Shown: piece by piece, positions 9,953 through 20,133 of the stretch
Layout: every line of letters starts with the position of its first letter
Position numbering within the stretch: position 1 is the stretch's first letter
NCBI GenBank assembly: GCA_029762535.1
Contig: JARVGK010000002.1
Location: 64,001 to 128,000, forward strand
Source of the DNA: Thermoplasmatota archaeon
GTDB taxonomy: Archaea > Thermoplasmatota > Penumbrarchaeia > Penumbrarchaeales > Penumbrarchaeaceae
Direction of reading: 5' to 3'
Length of the DNA stretch: 64,000 bases
The notes under the pieces: model-generated
Told to the model about the DNA's origin: nothing
Seen by the model: the letters and a program-made list of their open reading frames with translations, nothing else
The model's database searches: none
Made by a program: the position numbers and the translations under genes

Positions 9953-10717
9953 TCAAGACGTGAGATCCTCCACGAACGAGGAGAATTTCTTCTCCGTCAT
10001 CAGTTCATGGGTCTTGAACTCGCCTTGGTAGTATATACCCAGTGTTCCGAAAGGACTACCCAAGTTCTGGGCTTCCTCATGATCTTGGAGTTTGATGGCC
10101 TGATATGGGATTCCTCTGTTCTTCAGTGTGTCCGATAGGAGGTTGACGTAGTCTTCCATGAACGGGCACTGGTTGGAGTAGATGAAGGTGAACCCCTTCT
10201 TGTTGGAACAGGTGCCCGTTTTCGCGTTTTGGGTGAAACTGGGAGGTTCTCCCTTTTTTTTAAGGTTGAGGAACAACAGCTCGAAGTAAGGAGTGGCTTT
10301 GTCGACCGTTCTGAAGCCGTGTTCGAGGTAGAATTTTTTATCCGTCAGGAAGGGTCTGACCTTGTCGCTGGAGACGACGACGATCCCATCCATACCCTTT
10401 GATTTCGAGTCTTGGATGCAGTCGTTCAAGAGTTGTGTGGAGAGGCCTTTTCCCTTGAACTTTCCCGAGACCCAGAGGCAGTTGATGACCATCATTTTCT
10501 TACCAACGATAGGTTTCCAGACCTTTTCAATTGGCATGTATTCGATGAAGAACTTCCCCCTCTCGTCGAACCTTCTGAAGACCAATCCGTCGCTGAAGCG
10601 ATCTTTCATCCACACTTTTTTTGTTTGGGCCCTTCTCTGATTGTCCTTGTCGTTTCCGATGCAGCAGCAGATATGTTCCGTGTCTATGTTGGTATCGTCT
10701 ATCGATATGATCTCCAT
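9953..10717 (-). CDS. YoaP-domain GNAT-like protein
   Basis: EHICCCIG, INCLWVSGKFKGKG, YSNQCPF, AQNLGSPFGT. Confidence 0.85.
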   Translation of the reverse strand: MEIISIDDTNIDTEHICCCIGNDKDNQRRAQTKKVWMKDRFSDGLVFRRFDERGKFFIEYMPIEKVWKPIVGKKMMVINCLWVSGKFKGKGLSTQLLNDCIQDSKSKGMDGIVVVSSDKVRPFLTDKKFYLEHGFRTVDKATPYFELLFLNLKKKGEPPSFTQNAKTGTCSNKKGFTFIYSNQCPFMEDYVNLLSDTLKNRGIPYQAIKLQDHEEAQNLGSPFGTLGIYYQGEFKTHELMTEKKFSSFVEDLTS

Positions 10718-11185
10718 TCATGATCCCTCCTTCAGGGTTTTTTCCACAAATCCTCTGGGAAGGGAGGTCATGGTCACGATGTCGTCAATTGACTTCCCCT
10801 GACCGGACAGTCTCCTGCAGACATCTTCCATGGATTCCCCGATCTCTATGATGTTTCGGTCAGGATCGTAGAACCTCATGACCCTCTGCTGCCAGGGCTG
10901 GGTCCTGATATCGTGGACGAAGTCCACATTGAGGGTTTCTAGTTCGGACCGGATCCGATCCAGATCGTCGTGTTCGAAGTATAGCTCGAAGTTGTTGCCT
11001 CCGGTCGTGACAGGGTGATCCTCGATGAGGCTGGCATAGTGTTCCTTCAGGTGGATGGCGAAATCCCCGTTAAAGACAACGTTCTGGCCGTAATCTTCCT
11101 TGATGGTTTGGCCGAGTACTTCCTGGTAGAACCTCTTGGACCTCTCCATATCCTCGACCACGATCAATGGACAGATGTATCTCAT
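10718..11185 (-). CDS. VOC/glyoxalase family protein
   Basis: VEDMERSKRFY, ELYFE, PWQQRVMRFYDPDRNIIEIGE. Confidence 0.9.
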   Translation of the reverse strand: MRYICPLIVVEDMERSKRFYQEVLGQTIKEDYGQNVVFNGDFAIHLKEHYASLIEDHPVTTGGNNFELYFEHDDLDRIRSELETLNVDFVHDIRTQPWQQRVMRFYDPDRNIIEIGESMEDVCRRLSGQGKSIDDIVTMTSLPRGFVEKTLKEGS

Positions 11186-11470
11186 CTACGATCCCCCCGT
11201 GAGCCTTTGGACTCTATCTTTTATGGACCGATCGTGTTGTTCGTCGGTGTAGATGGGATCCTTGAGGTCCCTCCAGAGGTCGCAGGGGATCTTTAGGCAC
11301 GATCCGCAGTTCTCAATTGATTTCTTGGTCACACAGTCATAGATGGGGCAGGCATCTGAGTTGACGTACTGTGCCCACCAGACCCTGCCTTTTATCTGGG
11401 AGCATCCCCGGCAGGAGGAATCTTTGTAGTGGGTGCAATCGGTGCCGCATACTGATATGGCATCTTCCAT
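11186..11470 (-). CDS. DUF3795-like cysteine-rich protein
   Basis: VCGTDC, CRGC, CPIYDC, NCGSCLKIPC; start probably MEDAISV. Confidence 0.7.
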   Translation of the reverse strand: MEDAISVCGTDCTHYKDSSCRGCSQIKGRVWWAQYVNSDACPIYDCVTKKSIENCGSCLKIPCDLWRDLKDPIYTDEQHDRSIKDRVQRLTGGS

Positions 11471-11637
11471 CTGTTCTATCCTCCACGGATGGTTAGTTAT
11501 TGATATCCTTCTATACTTCCTCAAGGGTCTTTCCATTTCCTATATTAACCTGATCCACGCCTTCTTCGATAATCTTCAGGATCTTTTCTGACAATCTCGT
11601 TTCTTTTGCCATAGACCATCCTCATGATGATATTGTT

Positions 11638-11904
11638 TTACTTGATACGATGAGGACATCCTGCCCAGCAGCAGGGTCGGCGCTTCCCTTCCAGGAGTTC
11701 TTCTTTCGTGCGCCGGATCCGCCGCGTCCTTGTCTGGGGTTTCTTCGCGTCCTCGATCCAGCAGATGAACTCGTTCCTTGCGATGGGAGTGAGGTCCTTC
11801 CATAGAGCGAGGACCTCCTCGGAGGAGGTCAGAGCGATCCGTAGATCCTCCGGCAGTTCGTGGGCGATCCCTGCGGGGATCTCATTTTCGGACATATATC
11901 TCAC
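11638..11904 (-). CDS. YdeI/OmpD-associated family protein
   Basis: LPEDLRIAL, WKDLTPIARNEFICWIEDAKKPQTRTRRI, PCCWAGCPHR. Confidence 0.85.
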   Translation of the reverse strand: MRYMSENEIPAGIAHELPEDLRIALTSSEEVLALWKDLTPIARNEFICWIEDAKKPQTRTRRIRRTKEELLEGKRRPCCWAGCPHRIK

Positions 11905-12014
11905 CTATCATACTTCCAAGCACCATAGCTTATAGTGGATCATCAAAAAGTGGTAATAAGGACCATAGTTTTTTAAAAAAAGTAGCTTTTCATTGATACT
12001 TATTTCTTTATTTC

Positions 12015-12521
12015 TCATAATTTTTTTCGATAAACTTGATGGACCTGATCATGGAACAATGTTTCTTTTTCCAGTTTCAATCCATTCTTCTCAGATACTC
12101 GTATGGATCGTATGTTTTGTTTAAGGATTATGCTTATGATTGATTTGAGTTTCAGTTCATTTTTGGCATACTTAATACATCCTTCAGCTGCTTCGGTCCC
12201 ATATCCCTTACCCCAAAATTCGTCGGATATCCTGTAAGCGACCTCGATCTCGTCGATCTCATCGATGGTTTGTTTAAGCAATCCACATATCCCAAGAAAC
12301 CTATTATCATCCTTTAGAATAACTGCCCAAAAGGTGAATCCATCTTCATTTTGTCTTCTCTGAATCTCCTTGAGAAATTCCCGCGATTCTATCATGTTCA
12401 ATGTTTTTGGGAAGAACCTATGCACCTTTTCATTTGCCAATAATATCGCCAATTCTTCGAATCTGTCCTCTCCAAGCGTCTCGAGGATCAATCTATCGGT
12501 TTCAAATATTCTCAAGATCAT
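12015..12521 (-). CDS. RimJ/RimL-type GNAT acetyltransferase
   Basis: FETDRLIL, EVAYRISDEFWGKGYGTEAA, NIRSIRVSEKNG; start reassigned to MILRIF behind GGAGAG. Confidence 0.85.
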   Translation of the reverse strand: MILRIFETDRLILETLGEDRFEELAILLANEKVHRFFPKTLNMIESREFLKEIQRRQNEDGFTFWAVILKDDNRFLGICGLLKQTIDEIDEIEVAYRISDEFWGKGYGTEAAEGCIKYAKNELKLKSIISIILKQNIRSIRVSEKNGLKLEKETLFHDQVHQVYRKKL

Positions 12522-12612
12522 CTCTCCGATAATGTAGATCGAGGTGTAATGAACGATCCGTACAGTCGAAAGTTGTGCACATGATTCCCGGCCGCTCTTG
12601 CTCTTCTTATTG

Positions 12613-13272
12613 CTACTTTGGTGGAGGATCTGAATAGTTAATTTTCCTGAACACATAGGCATATGCGGTCATGGTGTATGCCGGACCCTTCATTGTCTTT
12701 TCAATTGTTTCTTCATCTATCAGCTTCTTTCCCTTGGGGACGAAATAGGACTCAAGAGCAGTATCCGAATAGCCAAACCTATTCCCATTTCTCTTAACTA
12801 CACCGATGAACTCAAATCTTGTGTCCAGATATGCAAGCGGTGCATCACCATGGCTGTTGTTGGCCAGAAGGATCCCGCCCCTTCTCAAATAGTTCCCACA
12901 ATACCGCGAAATGGATCCTGCATAGAGGGATATGAGAAGATCGAACGAGTCTTTCTTCTCTGGAAAGCCTTCTGAAAAGTCCGCTTTGTAAAATCTGTAA
13001 GAAGCTGACCGTTCATATTCTTTATTTTTGTTTACGAATAACAATGTCTCGTCTGATCCGAAGAAGGGCTCGCATCTTTTGTCCATATCCACATAAGCCA
13101 TATACGGGATCACAAGTGAGGGCGTAATGTGCACGAAACTGCCGGGATACAACCCGGACTCGATGTTGAACATCTCGGCCAATAAACTGAAAAGTCCGAG
13201 CCTTTCATCCCCCTTGTCGACTAAGTATTTTTTGTAGAGTTCGGGATAAATGGAATTCATTTTGAGTTTCAT
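12613..13272 (-). CDS. Methyltransferase-fold hypothetical protein
   Basis: LYPGSFVHITPS, FDLLISLYAG, LRRGGILLANNSHGDA. Confidence 0.6.
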   Translation of the reverse strand: MKLKMNSIYPELYKKYLVDKGDERLGLFSLLAEMFNIESGLYPGSFVHITPSLVIPYMAYVDMDKRCEPFFGSDETLLFVNKNKEYERSASYRFYKADFSEGFPEKKDSFDLLISLYAGSISRYCGNYLRRGGILLANNSHGDAPLAYLDTRFEFIGVVKRNGNRFGYSDTALESYFVPKGKKLIDEETIEKTMKGPAYTMTAYAYVFRKINYSDPPPK

Positions 13273-13294
13273 CTTTTACCCCCCCTAAAGGATG

Positions 13295-13345
13295 AATTTG
13301 GGTCGAACGAAGTGCAACGAGTGGACCACATGGCCGAGATGTAAT
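13295..13345. repeat. Degenerate half of an attC-like repeat
   Basis: aatttgggtcgaacgaagtgcaacgagtggacc closely matches aatttgggtcgagcgaagtgcaacgagcgagcc of the 21917 and 22780 sites. Confidence 0.7.
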
Positions 13346-13439
13346 AGACACGATCGATGGCTGATATTATTCCCCGCCACACAGAAGGAATACACAGCAT
13401 AGCGCGAATGATGTGAACGATCAATTATCAGAGACATGT

Positions 13440-13802
13440 TCATTCTGACCAAACTGAGTCTTCATTATCGTCGGGCCGATTAATCTTAAAAACCAGTAGG
13501 CGAAATGGCAGATCCGATCTATTCCAGAGATTATGCACCTCTCTGGGAGAGCACACGAACGCGTCACCTGGTTTCGCAAGGTATTGAGCCTCGTCGATAA
13601 ATATGTGGCACTCTCCGGATAGGATGTAAAAGACCTCCGTCTGAATATTGTGATAGTGAGCACGCTGTTTGGTGTGGGGAGGGATCGTAACTTCCTGAAG
13701 CATGTGGCCACCCGGTGGTAGATCCATCGTATCGAACAGTACTCGCTTGGAGTAGTCTTTGCGAACATCTGGTGTGACCGAAGACAGAGAGCTTTGTTTC
13801 AT
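13440..13802 (-). CDS. Cupin domain protein (cassette-like, between att remnants)
   Basis: HYHNIQTEVFYILSG and PREVHNLWN cupin motifs. Confidence 0.9.
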   Translation of the reverse strand: MKQSSLSSVTPDVRKDYSKRVLFDTMDLPPGGHMLQEVTIPPHTKQRAHYHNIQTEVFYILSGECHIFIDEAQYLAKPGDAFVCSPREVHNLWNRSDLPFRLLVFKINRPDDNEDSVWSE

Positions 13803-13840
13803 ATGGGATCCAACCTATTATCAATTGATCTTAGAATATT

Positions 13841-13938
13841 TCCATCAACGGCCGCGAGTATGCGGAGTCCTGGGCGCAGTGATGGATTTGGGTGAGGGGC
13901 GATCAGCGCCCCGAACTTTATACTCGCGAGTTAAAGGA
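13841..13938. repeat. attC-like hairpin (distal)
   Basis: AAC-ggc-CGCGAGTAT...atttgggtgagggg...ATACTCGCG-a-GTT; same architecture as the proximal sites. Confidence 0.8.
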
Positions 13939-14261
13939 AACGAACGTAGTTATCCCGCAGGATAACGTATTGAGAGCGGAGCATGGCACGGAGCGAAGCG
14001 AAGTGAGCTTTTCGTCTGCGAAGATCATACAGCTGACGTAGTTATTTCTTGCTCTATTTATCGTTCAGATCCTCCGTGAGGGGGTTCGATACACACTTTT
14101 GTGTCATGGTATTATGGATGTCGGAGAACTCAGATAAAGGAATTGGAGATGGCATCAAATTACCTGACGATGTGCATCAGGCGTAAGCAACGAAAAGTAT
14201 ATCTTCATGGCGTCCATGCGTAACACGAATTATAATATTGTGCCACCTGGAGATGACACAC

Positions 14262-14873
14262 ATGACGAACCTTGAGAAAATGCTCATTGAGGCGGGCCGG
14301 TTCCACGGCCACATCTGCCCAGGACTGGCCATCGGAGTGGTGGCTTCTTACATTGCTCTTCGTGACGCGCGGCGTTCCGATGACGAGGAATTGGTGGCCA
14401 TCGTGGAGAATGATGCTTGCGGTGTTGATGCCATTCAGCACCTCACCGGATGCACCTTCGGCAAGGGAAACCTTGTGTTTCGGGACCATGGCAAGTCCGT
14501 CTATACATTCCTGAACCGAGCCACAGGCAAGGCCCTGCGCCTTTCTCTCGACCATTCCGCGATCGAAAGCAGCTTGCACGATCGTGAATTGTTCGAAAGC
14601 GTCCGCAATGGAACCGCAACTCCAGGGGAGATAGATGCGTTTCATGTTCGCTGGGAGGAGCGCGCCAGGGAGGTCCTTTACCGTGCTGGATCACTTTTCA
14701 AGGTCGATCAGGTGGACATTGCCTTCCCTGAGAAGGCCCGGATACATGACAATATTACTTGTGATAAGTGCAAAGAGCAAGTAATGGCCACCCGGATCGT
14801 GGAGACGGAACAGGGGCGCAAATTCTGCATACCATGCTCCGAAGAGAAAAAAGAAAAGGAGTATGGAAAATGA
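14262..14873 (+). CDS. fmdE: FmdE family protein (formylmethanofuran dehydrogenase subunit E-like) with C-terminal zinc finger
   Basis: FHGHICPGLAIG, ENDACGVDAIQHLTGCTFGKGNL, CDKCKE...CIPC. Confidence 0.85.
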   Translation: MTNLEKMLIEAGRFHGHICPGLAIGVVASYIALRDARRSDDEELVAIVENDACGVDAIQHLTGCTFGKGNLVFRDHGKSVYTFLNRATGKALRLSLDHSAIESSLHDRELFESVRNGTATPGEIDAFHVRWEERAREVLYRAGSLFKVDQVDIAFPEKARIHDNITCDKCKEQVMATRIVETEQGRKFCIPCSEEKKEKEYGK

Positions 14874-15964
14874 AAAGAGCAAATCCAAGCTTCGCCACGT
14901 TGGGGCTGCTGCTAACTGTGTCGATCCTCTCCGCAGGATGCTTGAACGTCGAAACGGAAAATGATGGCGAAATGAAGGAGATCACGGACCTGCTTGATCG
15001 AAAAGTTGACGTTCCTGTTGAAGTGGAGCGCGTTGTTGGGGTCGCTTCGGGGACGGTCAGAATGCTGACATACCTTGAAGCAACCGACATGATCGTGGGC
15101 GTGGAGGACGTTGAGACCACGCCTCCCATGACGCCCTACCAGTTCGCCCATCCGGACCTGAAGGACCTCCCCGTTATTGGACCACAGCACGGAGGCGATG
15201 CGGAACTCATAATGGTCCAGCAGCCAGATGTGATCTTCCACTCATGCTCGCAGTTCGAAACGGCCACCGGGGCGATGATGGACGATCTCCAGACGAAGAC
15301 AGGCATACCCGTCGTGGCCATAGACCTTGGTGATCTTGGAGAAAGGCGGGCAGTTTTCGATCGATCCCTGCGCCTCATAGGGGATATTCTGGGAAAAGGC
15401 GATAGGGCAGGGGCGGTCATCTCCTACATCGACAAAGTTCTTGAGGATCTTGAAGATCGGACCTTTGATATACCGGATGACATCAAACCTTCGGTCTACG
15501 TTGGTGGAGTTGCGCTTCGAGGCTCCCGGGACATTCTATCGACGCGGGCGGACTATCCTCCTTTCGAGTACACCAACGTGAACAACGTCGCCTCGTCGGT
15601 GGGCACCGGGCATATGTTCCTCGATAAGGAACAACTTTTGGCCTGGGATCCCGACATTCTGTTCGTCGACTCCATGAGTTACGACCTTGTTGTTGATAGA
15701 ATGACCAATGATACCGCCTATTCCCTGCTGTCGGCCGTTGTCGAAGGCGACATATACACCGTCATGCCATACAATTCATATAACAACAATTTCGCGACGG
15801 TGCTGGCCAACTGTTACTTCGTTGGGTCGGTAGTGTACCCGGATGGTTTTGCAGATGTGAACGTCACGGCCGAGGCAGATGAGATATACTCCGCCATGTT
15901 GGGAGCGCCCGTATATGAGCAGATGGCAAAGAAATACCATGGGTTTGAAAAGATCGACCTTTAA
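14870..15964 (+). CDS. Iron/cobalamin-type ABC transporter substrate-binding lipoprotein
   Basis: LSAGC lipobox, ITDLLDRKV, LLAWDPDILF, LSAVVEGDIY; ATGA overlap with fmdE. Confidence 0.85.
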   Translation: MKRANPSFATLGLLLTVSILSAGCLNVETENDGEMKEITDLLDRKVDVPVEVERVVGVASGTVRMLTYLEATDMIVGVEDVETTPPMTPYQFAHPDLKDLPVIGPQHGGDAELIMVQQPDVIFHSCSQFETATGAMMDDLQTKTGIPVVAIDLGDLGERRAVFDRSLRLIGDILGKGDRAGAVISYIDKVLEDLEDRTFDIPDDIKPSVYVGGVALRGSRDILSTRADYPPFEYTNVNNVASSVGTGHMFLDKEQLLAWDPDILFVDSMSYDLVVDRMTNDTAYSLLSAVVEGDIYTVMPYNSYNNNFATVLANCYFVGSVVYPDGFADVNVTAEADEIYSAMLGAPVYEQMAKKYHGFEKIDL

Positions 15965-15991
15965 AATGACTGAAAACTCGGGAAGTTCCAT

Positions 15992-17071
15992 ATGACAGAC
16001 CATAACTCTTCACATAAGCCCCGAGACCCGATCGCACAGCACAGGAGGCAGAACCTCTTAAGGAGAATTTTGCTGCTGACAGGGGCCATCCTATTGGGGC
16101 TGGTGGCCATGTACGCCCTCACCCTGGGACCGTACCCGATGACCATGATCGATGTTTTCAATGCATTCATTGGTAATGGATCGGATGTCCATCGGACCGT
16201 GATATGGAACATCCGTATGACGCGCATCGCCACCGCCATATTCGCAGGCGCCGCCCTGGCCGTTTCCGGGATGGTAATGCAGAACGTCCTTCGCAACCCC
16301 CTGGCATCACCATCGACACTGGGGGTCTCCCACGCCGCGTCCTTCGGGGCCGCCTTCGGAATCGTTGTCCTCGGCGCGGGCACCACACAGGCCCACTCAG
16401 TGTACTTCGACCACCCCTATTTATTGGCTTTATGCGCATTCGCCGCGGCCATGATTTCCACCGGAGTCATAATCCTGCTAGCGCGGATCAGGGATGCATC
16501 ACCCGAGACCATGATCCTGGCCGGCGTGGCCATGGCATCCCTGTTCACCGCAGGAACCACCTCACTTCGGTACTTCGCCAGTGATGAGGTGCAGCTATCA
16601 TCCATCATATTCTGGACCTTTGGTGACCTGGGCCGGACCGATTGGACCTCTGTGTCCATCATTTCTGTGGGCACCGTAGCCACCCTCATCTACTTCTTCC
16701 TCAATCGCTGGCGATACAATGCGATCAACGGCGGAGAGGATGTAGCCCGCACCTTGGGGGTCAATACCAATCGAACCCGCATATTGGGTCTGCTTATCTC
16801 ATCCCTCCTGACCGCTCTGGTCGTCTCCTTCGTGGGCATTATCGGGTTCGTTGGTCTGGTTGTTCCTCACATCGTTCGGCGCGTGGTTGGAACAGACGCC
16901 CGCTTTCTCATCCCCGGGTGCTGTATCGCCGGTGCCCTCCTCCTTCTGGTATCCGACACCGTCGCCCGGACTATGCTCTCACCCGTCATCATGCCGGTTG
17001 GGATCCTCACCTCATTCCTCGGGGCTCCACTTTTCATCTATCTCATCATCAGGGGGCGGAAGCATTGGTAG
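15992..17071 (+). CDS. FecCD/BtuC-type ABC transporter permease
   Basis: MQNVLRNPLASPSTLGVSHAA, GIIGFVGLVVPHIVR, PVGILTSFLGAPLF. Confidence 0.95.
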   Translation: MTDHNSSHKPRDPIAQHRRQNLLRRILLLTGAILLGLVAMYALTLGPYPMTMIDVFNAFIGNGSDVHRTVIWNIRMTRIATAIFAGAALAVSGMVMQNVLRNPLASPSTLGVSHAASFGAAFGIVVLGAGTTQAHSVYFDHPYLLALCAFAAAMISTGVIILLARIRDASPETMILAGVAMASLFTAGTTSLRYFASDEVQLSSIIFWTFGDLGRTDWTSVSIISVGTVATLIYFFLNRWRYNAINGGEDVARTLGVNTNRTRILGLLISSLLTALVVSFVGIIGFVGLVVPHIVRRVVGTDARFLIPGCCIAGALLLLVSDTVARTMLSPVIMPVGILTSFLGAPLFIYLIIRGRKHW

Positions 17072-17862
17072 ATCTCGTCACCCTCGATGATGTCTCGTTC
17101 GCTTACGGGAAGATACAAGCACTGAGTGATATCACTCTTTCCTTTCGGACAGGTTCACTGGTAGGCATGATCGGTCCCAATGGATCGGGAAAGACAACCC
17201 TCATAAGATGCGTTTGTAGGCTTGTCAGGCCCGAAAATGGAACCGTGACGATCAATGGCAGGGACCTCTCATCACTGAACAGTCTTGATCTGGCCCGCAT
17301 GGTGGGGTATGTGCCCCAGATGCAGGAGAAGGCCTTTCCAGTGCCTATATTCGAAGCTGTTCTTGCGGGGCGCATACCTCATCTGGGATGGGCTCCTTCG
17401 GACCATGATCTTGCCATAGTCAAAAACGTCCTGGAACTCATGGACCTGGAAGATATCTCCCAGAGGAACATCAACACACTCAGTGGGGGACAGATGCAGC
17501 GCGTACAAATCGCCCGCGCCCTGGCCCAGGAACCCCTGGTATTGTGCCTTGATGAGCCCACCAGCAATCTGGACATCAAGCATCAACTGGGGCTCATGCG
17601 CATGGTACGAGATCTGACCCGGAAAAGAAAGATGCTGGCCCTCATGGCCATCCACGACCTAAACCTGGCATCTCAGTACTGTGACCGATTGGTCCTCCTC
17701 CAGAACGGTGAGGTCTTTTCCTCGGGAACACCACAGGAGGTCCTGACCCGGAAGAACGTCAGGAACGCATTCAATATCAACGTGGCCATTCACACCCACG
17801 GCGATCTGATACACATCGTGCCCGTGGAGAACACTGATCTCAGGAGGCTTGAACATACCTGA
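17065..17862 (+). CDS. Iron/cobalamin-type ABC transporter ATP-binding protein
   Basis: GPNGSGKT, LSGGQMQRV, LDEPTSNLD, IHDLNLA; probable TTG start overlapping the permease stop. Confidence 0.9.
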   Translation: MVDLVTLDDVSFAYGKIQALSDITLSFRTGSLVGMIGPNGSGKTTLIRCVCRLVRPENGTVTINGRDLSSLNSLDLARMVGYVPQMQEKAFPVPIFEAVLAGRIPHLGWAPSDHDLAIVKNVLELMDLEDISQRNINTLSGGQMQRVQIARALAQEPLVLCLDEPTSNLDIKHQLGLMRMVRDLTRKRKMLALMAIHDLNLASQYCDRLVLLQNGEVFSSGTPQEVLTRKNVRNAFNINVAIHTHGDLIHIVPVENTDLRRLEHT

Positions 17863-17866
17863 ATCT

Positions 17867-17933
17867 TCTGGCAACCCGGTCCAAGGATGGAGTGGGTGCC
17901 ACCCTCGAAGATCCATGGCCGTGGGTTATCCGA
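17867..17933. repeat. Degenerate att-like hairpin
   Basis: aacccggtccaaggat...atccatggccgtgggtt, followed by gttatccgatccga, which is identical to the sequence at 22008. Confidence 0.45.
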
Positions 17934-17952
17934 TCCGAACGGAGTGATCCAT

Positions 17953-18050
17953 TAGGATAACGGGTGGGGACATGCGACGTTGCCGAAGGCAATGTCCCCC
18001 TGGGCGCAGCGGCCCGCAGGGGCGCGGAGGCGTGTCCGCAAGTTAGACAA
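17953..18050. repeat. attC-like hairpin
   Basis: ataAC-ggg-TGGGGACATGC-gacgtt...GCGTGTCCGCA-a-GTTag, followed by the conserved gcgagagcgcag linker. Confidence 0.75.
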
Positions 18051-18161
18051 CCCGAGAGAAGCGAGAGCGCAGTGTGGTCGTGCACCGCATCCGAAGGCGA
18101 GGAGCGCAGAAGTTTCTAATTCTCCTGAACCACAGGGCTTGGCGTAGTTTTCAATAACCGG

Positions 18162-19544
18162 TTATGTTTCGTGAGGGGGAGTCTCATCCACCACTAACTC
18201 ATACCAGACATTGTTCCCACCGCCCTTTTTCACAATCTTGCCTTCCCTGATAAGTTCATTCAGGTCACGGAGGGCGGTGCCTCTGTGAATAGAGAAATGA
18301 TATTCAATGTCTTCTGCCATTATTCTCTCTTTAGCTTCAATAAAGTCCATAATCCACTTCAATCGATTTCCTTTGCGTTTGTTCCGCATTTGTATCTGTT
18401 CTTTGTCCGTTCTGTGCCCGATTTCCTTCGGTTCAGCTTCGGATTTGCTTCGGATGTCACGATGGAAGACGGCACTGAAAAAAGAACCAATCTCAAAATC
18501 GATTCCGAGATCGTACTCTTTCATCGATTTTCTCATCCTTTTAATGCCGGAGCCAGCTTTTTCCACCAGACCAAGTCTGTGAACCATGTCAGTTAAGAGA
18601 GGGTTTCTCTGAGCACTCCGTTTCCCCAGGTCTTCTTCCGGAAACAACAGCTTTCCCGGGTTCACTATTTCCACCCGCTCGGGGCTGATGTGTACCTGGA
18701 TGTTCGAGGAATAGAGATAATCCCTGTGTATCATTGCGTTTATGATGGCCTCCCGCAGGGCATCTTTCGGAAGCTCCAGCTTCGCGGTATGTTTCAGGCC
18801 GTCGATGATTATGGCAGTGTTCAGCTTTGACAGAAGATAATTGTTGGCGTCGTTCAGATTGGTGGCGAAGTCTACAGAGAATTCCTTCGAGTCTATGATA
18901 TCGATCTGCTCTTTATCGGCATACAGGAAGCAGGCCACCGTCGCATTGGGGAAATGTGATTTTACGTCCTTGGAAAAGAACAGAACGCCGCAGTTGTTCA
19001 GCTTTCCATTGGTCAGCAGGTTCAGGTTGCTCAGAATATGCTCTTTCGACAGGTCGCCGTCCAGCCCTGCTTCCTTCCGGAATCTGGCAAACGCGTCTTC
19101 TGAGAAATCCCGGTCTTTGAAATCAATGGTGTTTCTCTCGAAGGAGATGAGGTTCTCCTTCTGGAACAGTTCCCTAATCTCGTCCCTGTTCAGCTACTGG
19201 GAATTGGCGCCGTACCTCAGATAGAAGTGGCCGTTCACGGTGTAGGGCTTGTCCTTCCCTTCCGAGACGTATATCACCACCATATCTCTAACCTGCTCGA
19301 TCCGGGCATTGAAGGCGGGGTTCATGTTCCTGGCGATGTCTTGGATCTTCGACCTGTCGGAATTGGTCAGCTTGTAGCCTTTTATATCACCGGTCCTATC
19401 CTCAACACCGATTATTATCTTACCGCCGGAGGAGTTGGCAAAAGCACAGATGTCCTTTTCGATGGTACTGCTCAGCGACTCCTTCAGCTCGATGGTGTAG
19501 CCCTCACCGGTTTTCACGACATCAACAAGTTCTTCGTAGTTCAT
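18162..19544 (-). pseudogene. Schlafen/AlbA_2 + HATPase_c_4 + wHTH protein (RecG-like regulator family) interrupted by one in-frame TAG
   Basis: ORFs 19194-19544 (GEGYTIELKE, ICAFANSSGGKIIIGV) and 18162-18938 (ALREAIINAMIHRDY, RNPLL, EKAGSGI) are in the same frame; only the TAG at 19194-19196 separates them. Confidence 0.85.
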
Positions 19545-19678
19545 ATCTCAACCCCGAGTTGTTCTTCCATCATGATCTCGAACTGCCTTGAGATTAGCAA
19601 CCCCTTCTTCTTGCAATGCTCTTTGTATTTGTCGTATAGATCGGAATCCACGCTCAAAGTGACGTTTCTTGACGGCAT
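19541..19678 (-). CDS. Small RHH/CopG-like protein (45 aa), cassette leader gene copy 1
   Basis: Manual translation MPSRNVTLSVDSDLYDKYKEHCKKKGLLISRQFEIMMEEQLGVEI; ATGA overlap with the next gene; two homologs in this window. Confidence 0.85.
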   Translation of the reverse strand: MPSRNVTLSVDSDLYDKYKEHCKKKGLLISRQFEIMMEEQLGVEI

Positions 19679-19914
19679 GTTATCACATTCACAGGTAAAT
19701 GTCTGCATTGTTATTTAAATGTGTATGATCCGTAACCCACCCTCACTCCGGTTATTGAAAATTTAAATCGAGAGTTAGCGAGCCATTTAATGTGTGTTAT
19801 GCCTGGTTGCGTAGCAACCGAGTATCTGTTTCTTCTGGTGTTTCGTTAAACGAAGCCAAGCCCGTTTCTGGTGGTTCAGGTTCCACGATTAAAAGGAGGG
19901 GAAAATTAGGATTT

Positions 19915-19985
19915 TCGGATAACGGACGCGGCTAACCGAAGTTCGTGGGGAGAAGGTGCTTTAGCACCCGAAGCCTTAAAATGAG
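19915..19985. repeat. Damaged attC-like site (left arm intact, right arm deleted)
   Basis: tcggataacggacgcggctaaccgaagtt matches the left arms of other sites; only ttaaaatga remains of the expected gttaaatga core. Confidence 0.65.
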
Positions 19986-20133
19986 GTCGAGGCTTCGGTT
20001 CCGAAAATCATCCTGCCGCCGTAGTTTTTTCTTGCTCTGTTTTTATTCATCTTTTCGTTATCCGTCGTGGGGGGTGTTCCGGTATTCTCTATTCTGCTTG
20101 TTTTTTTCCAAAATGCCTCAATACTCGTATGCT

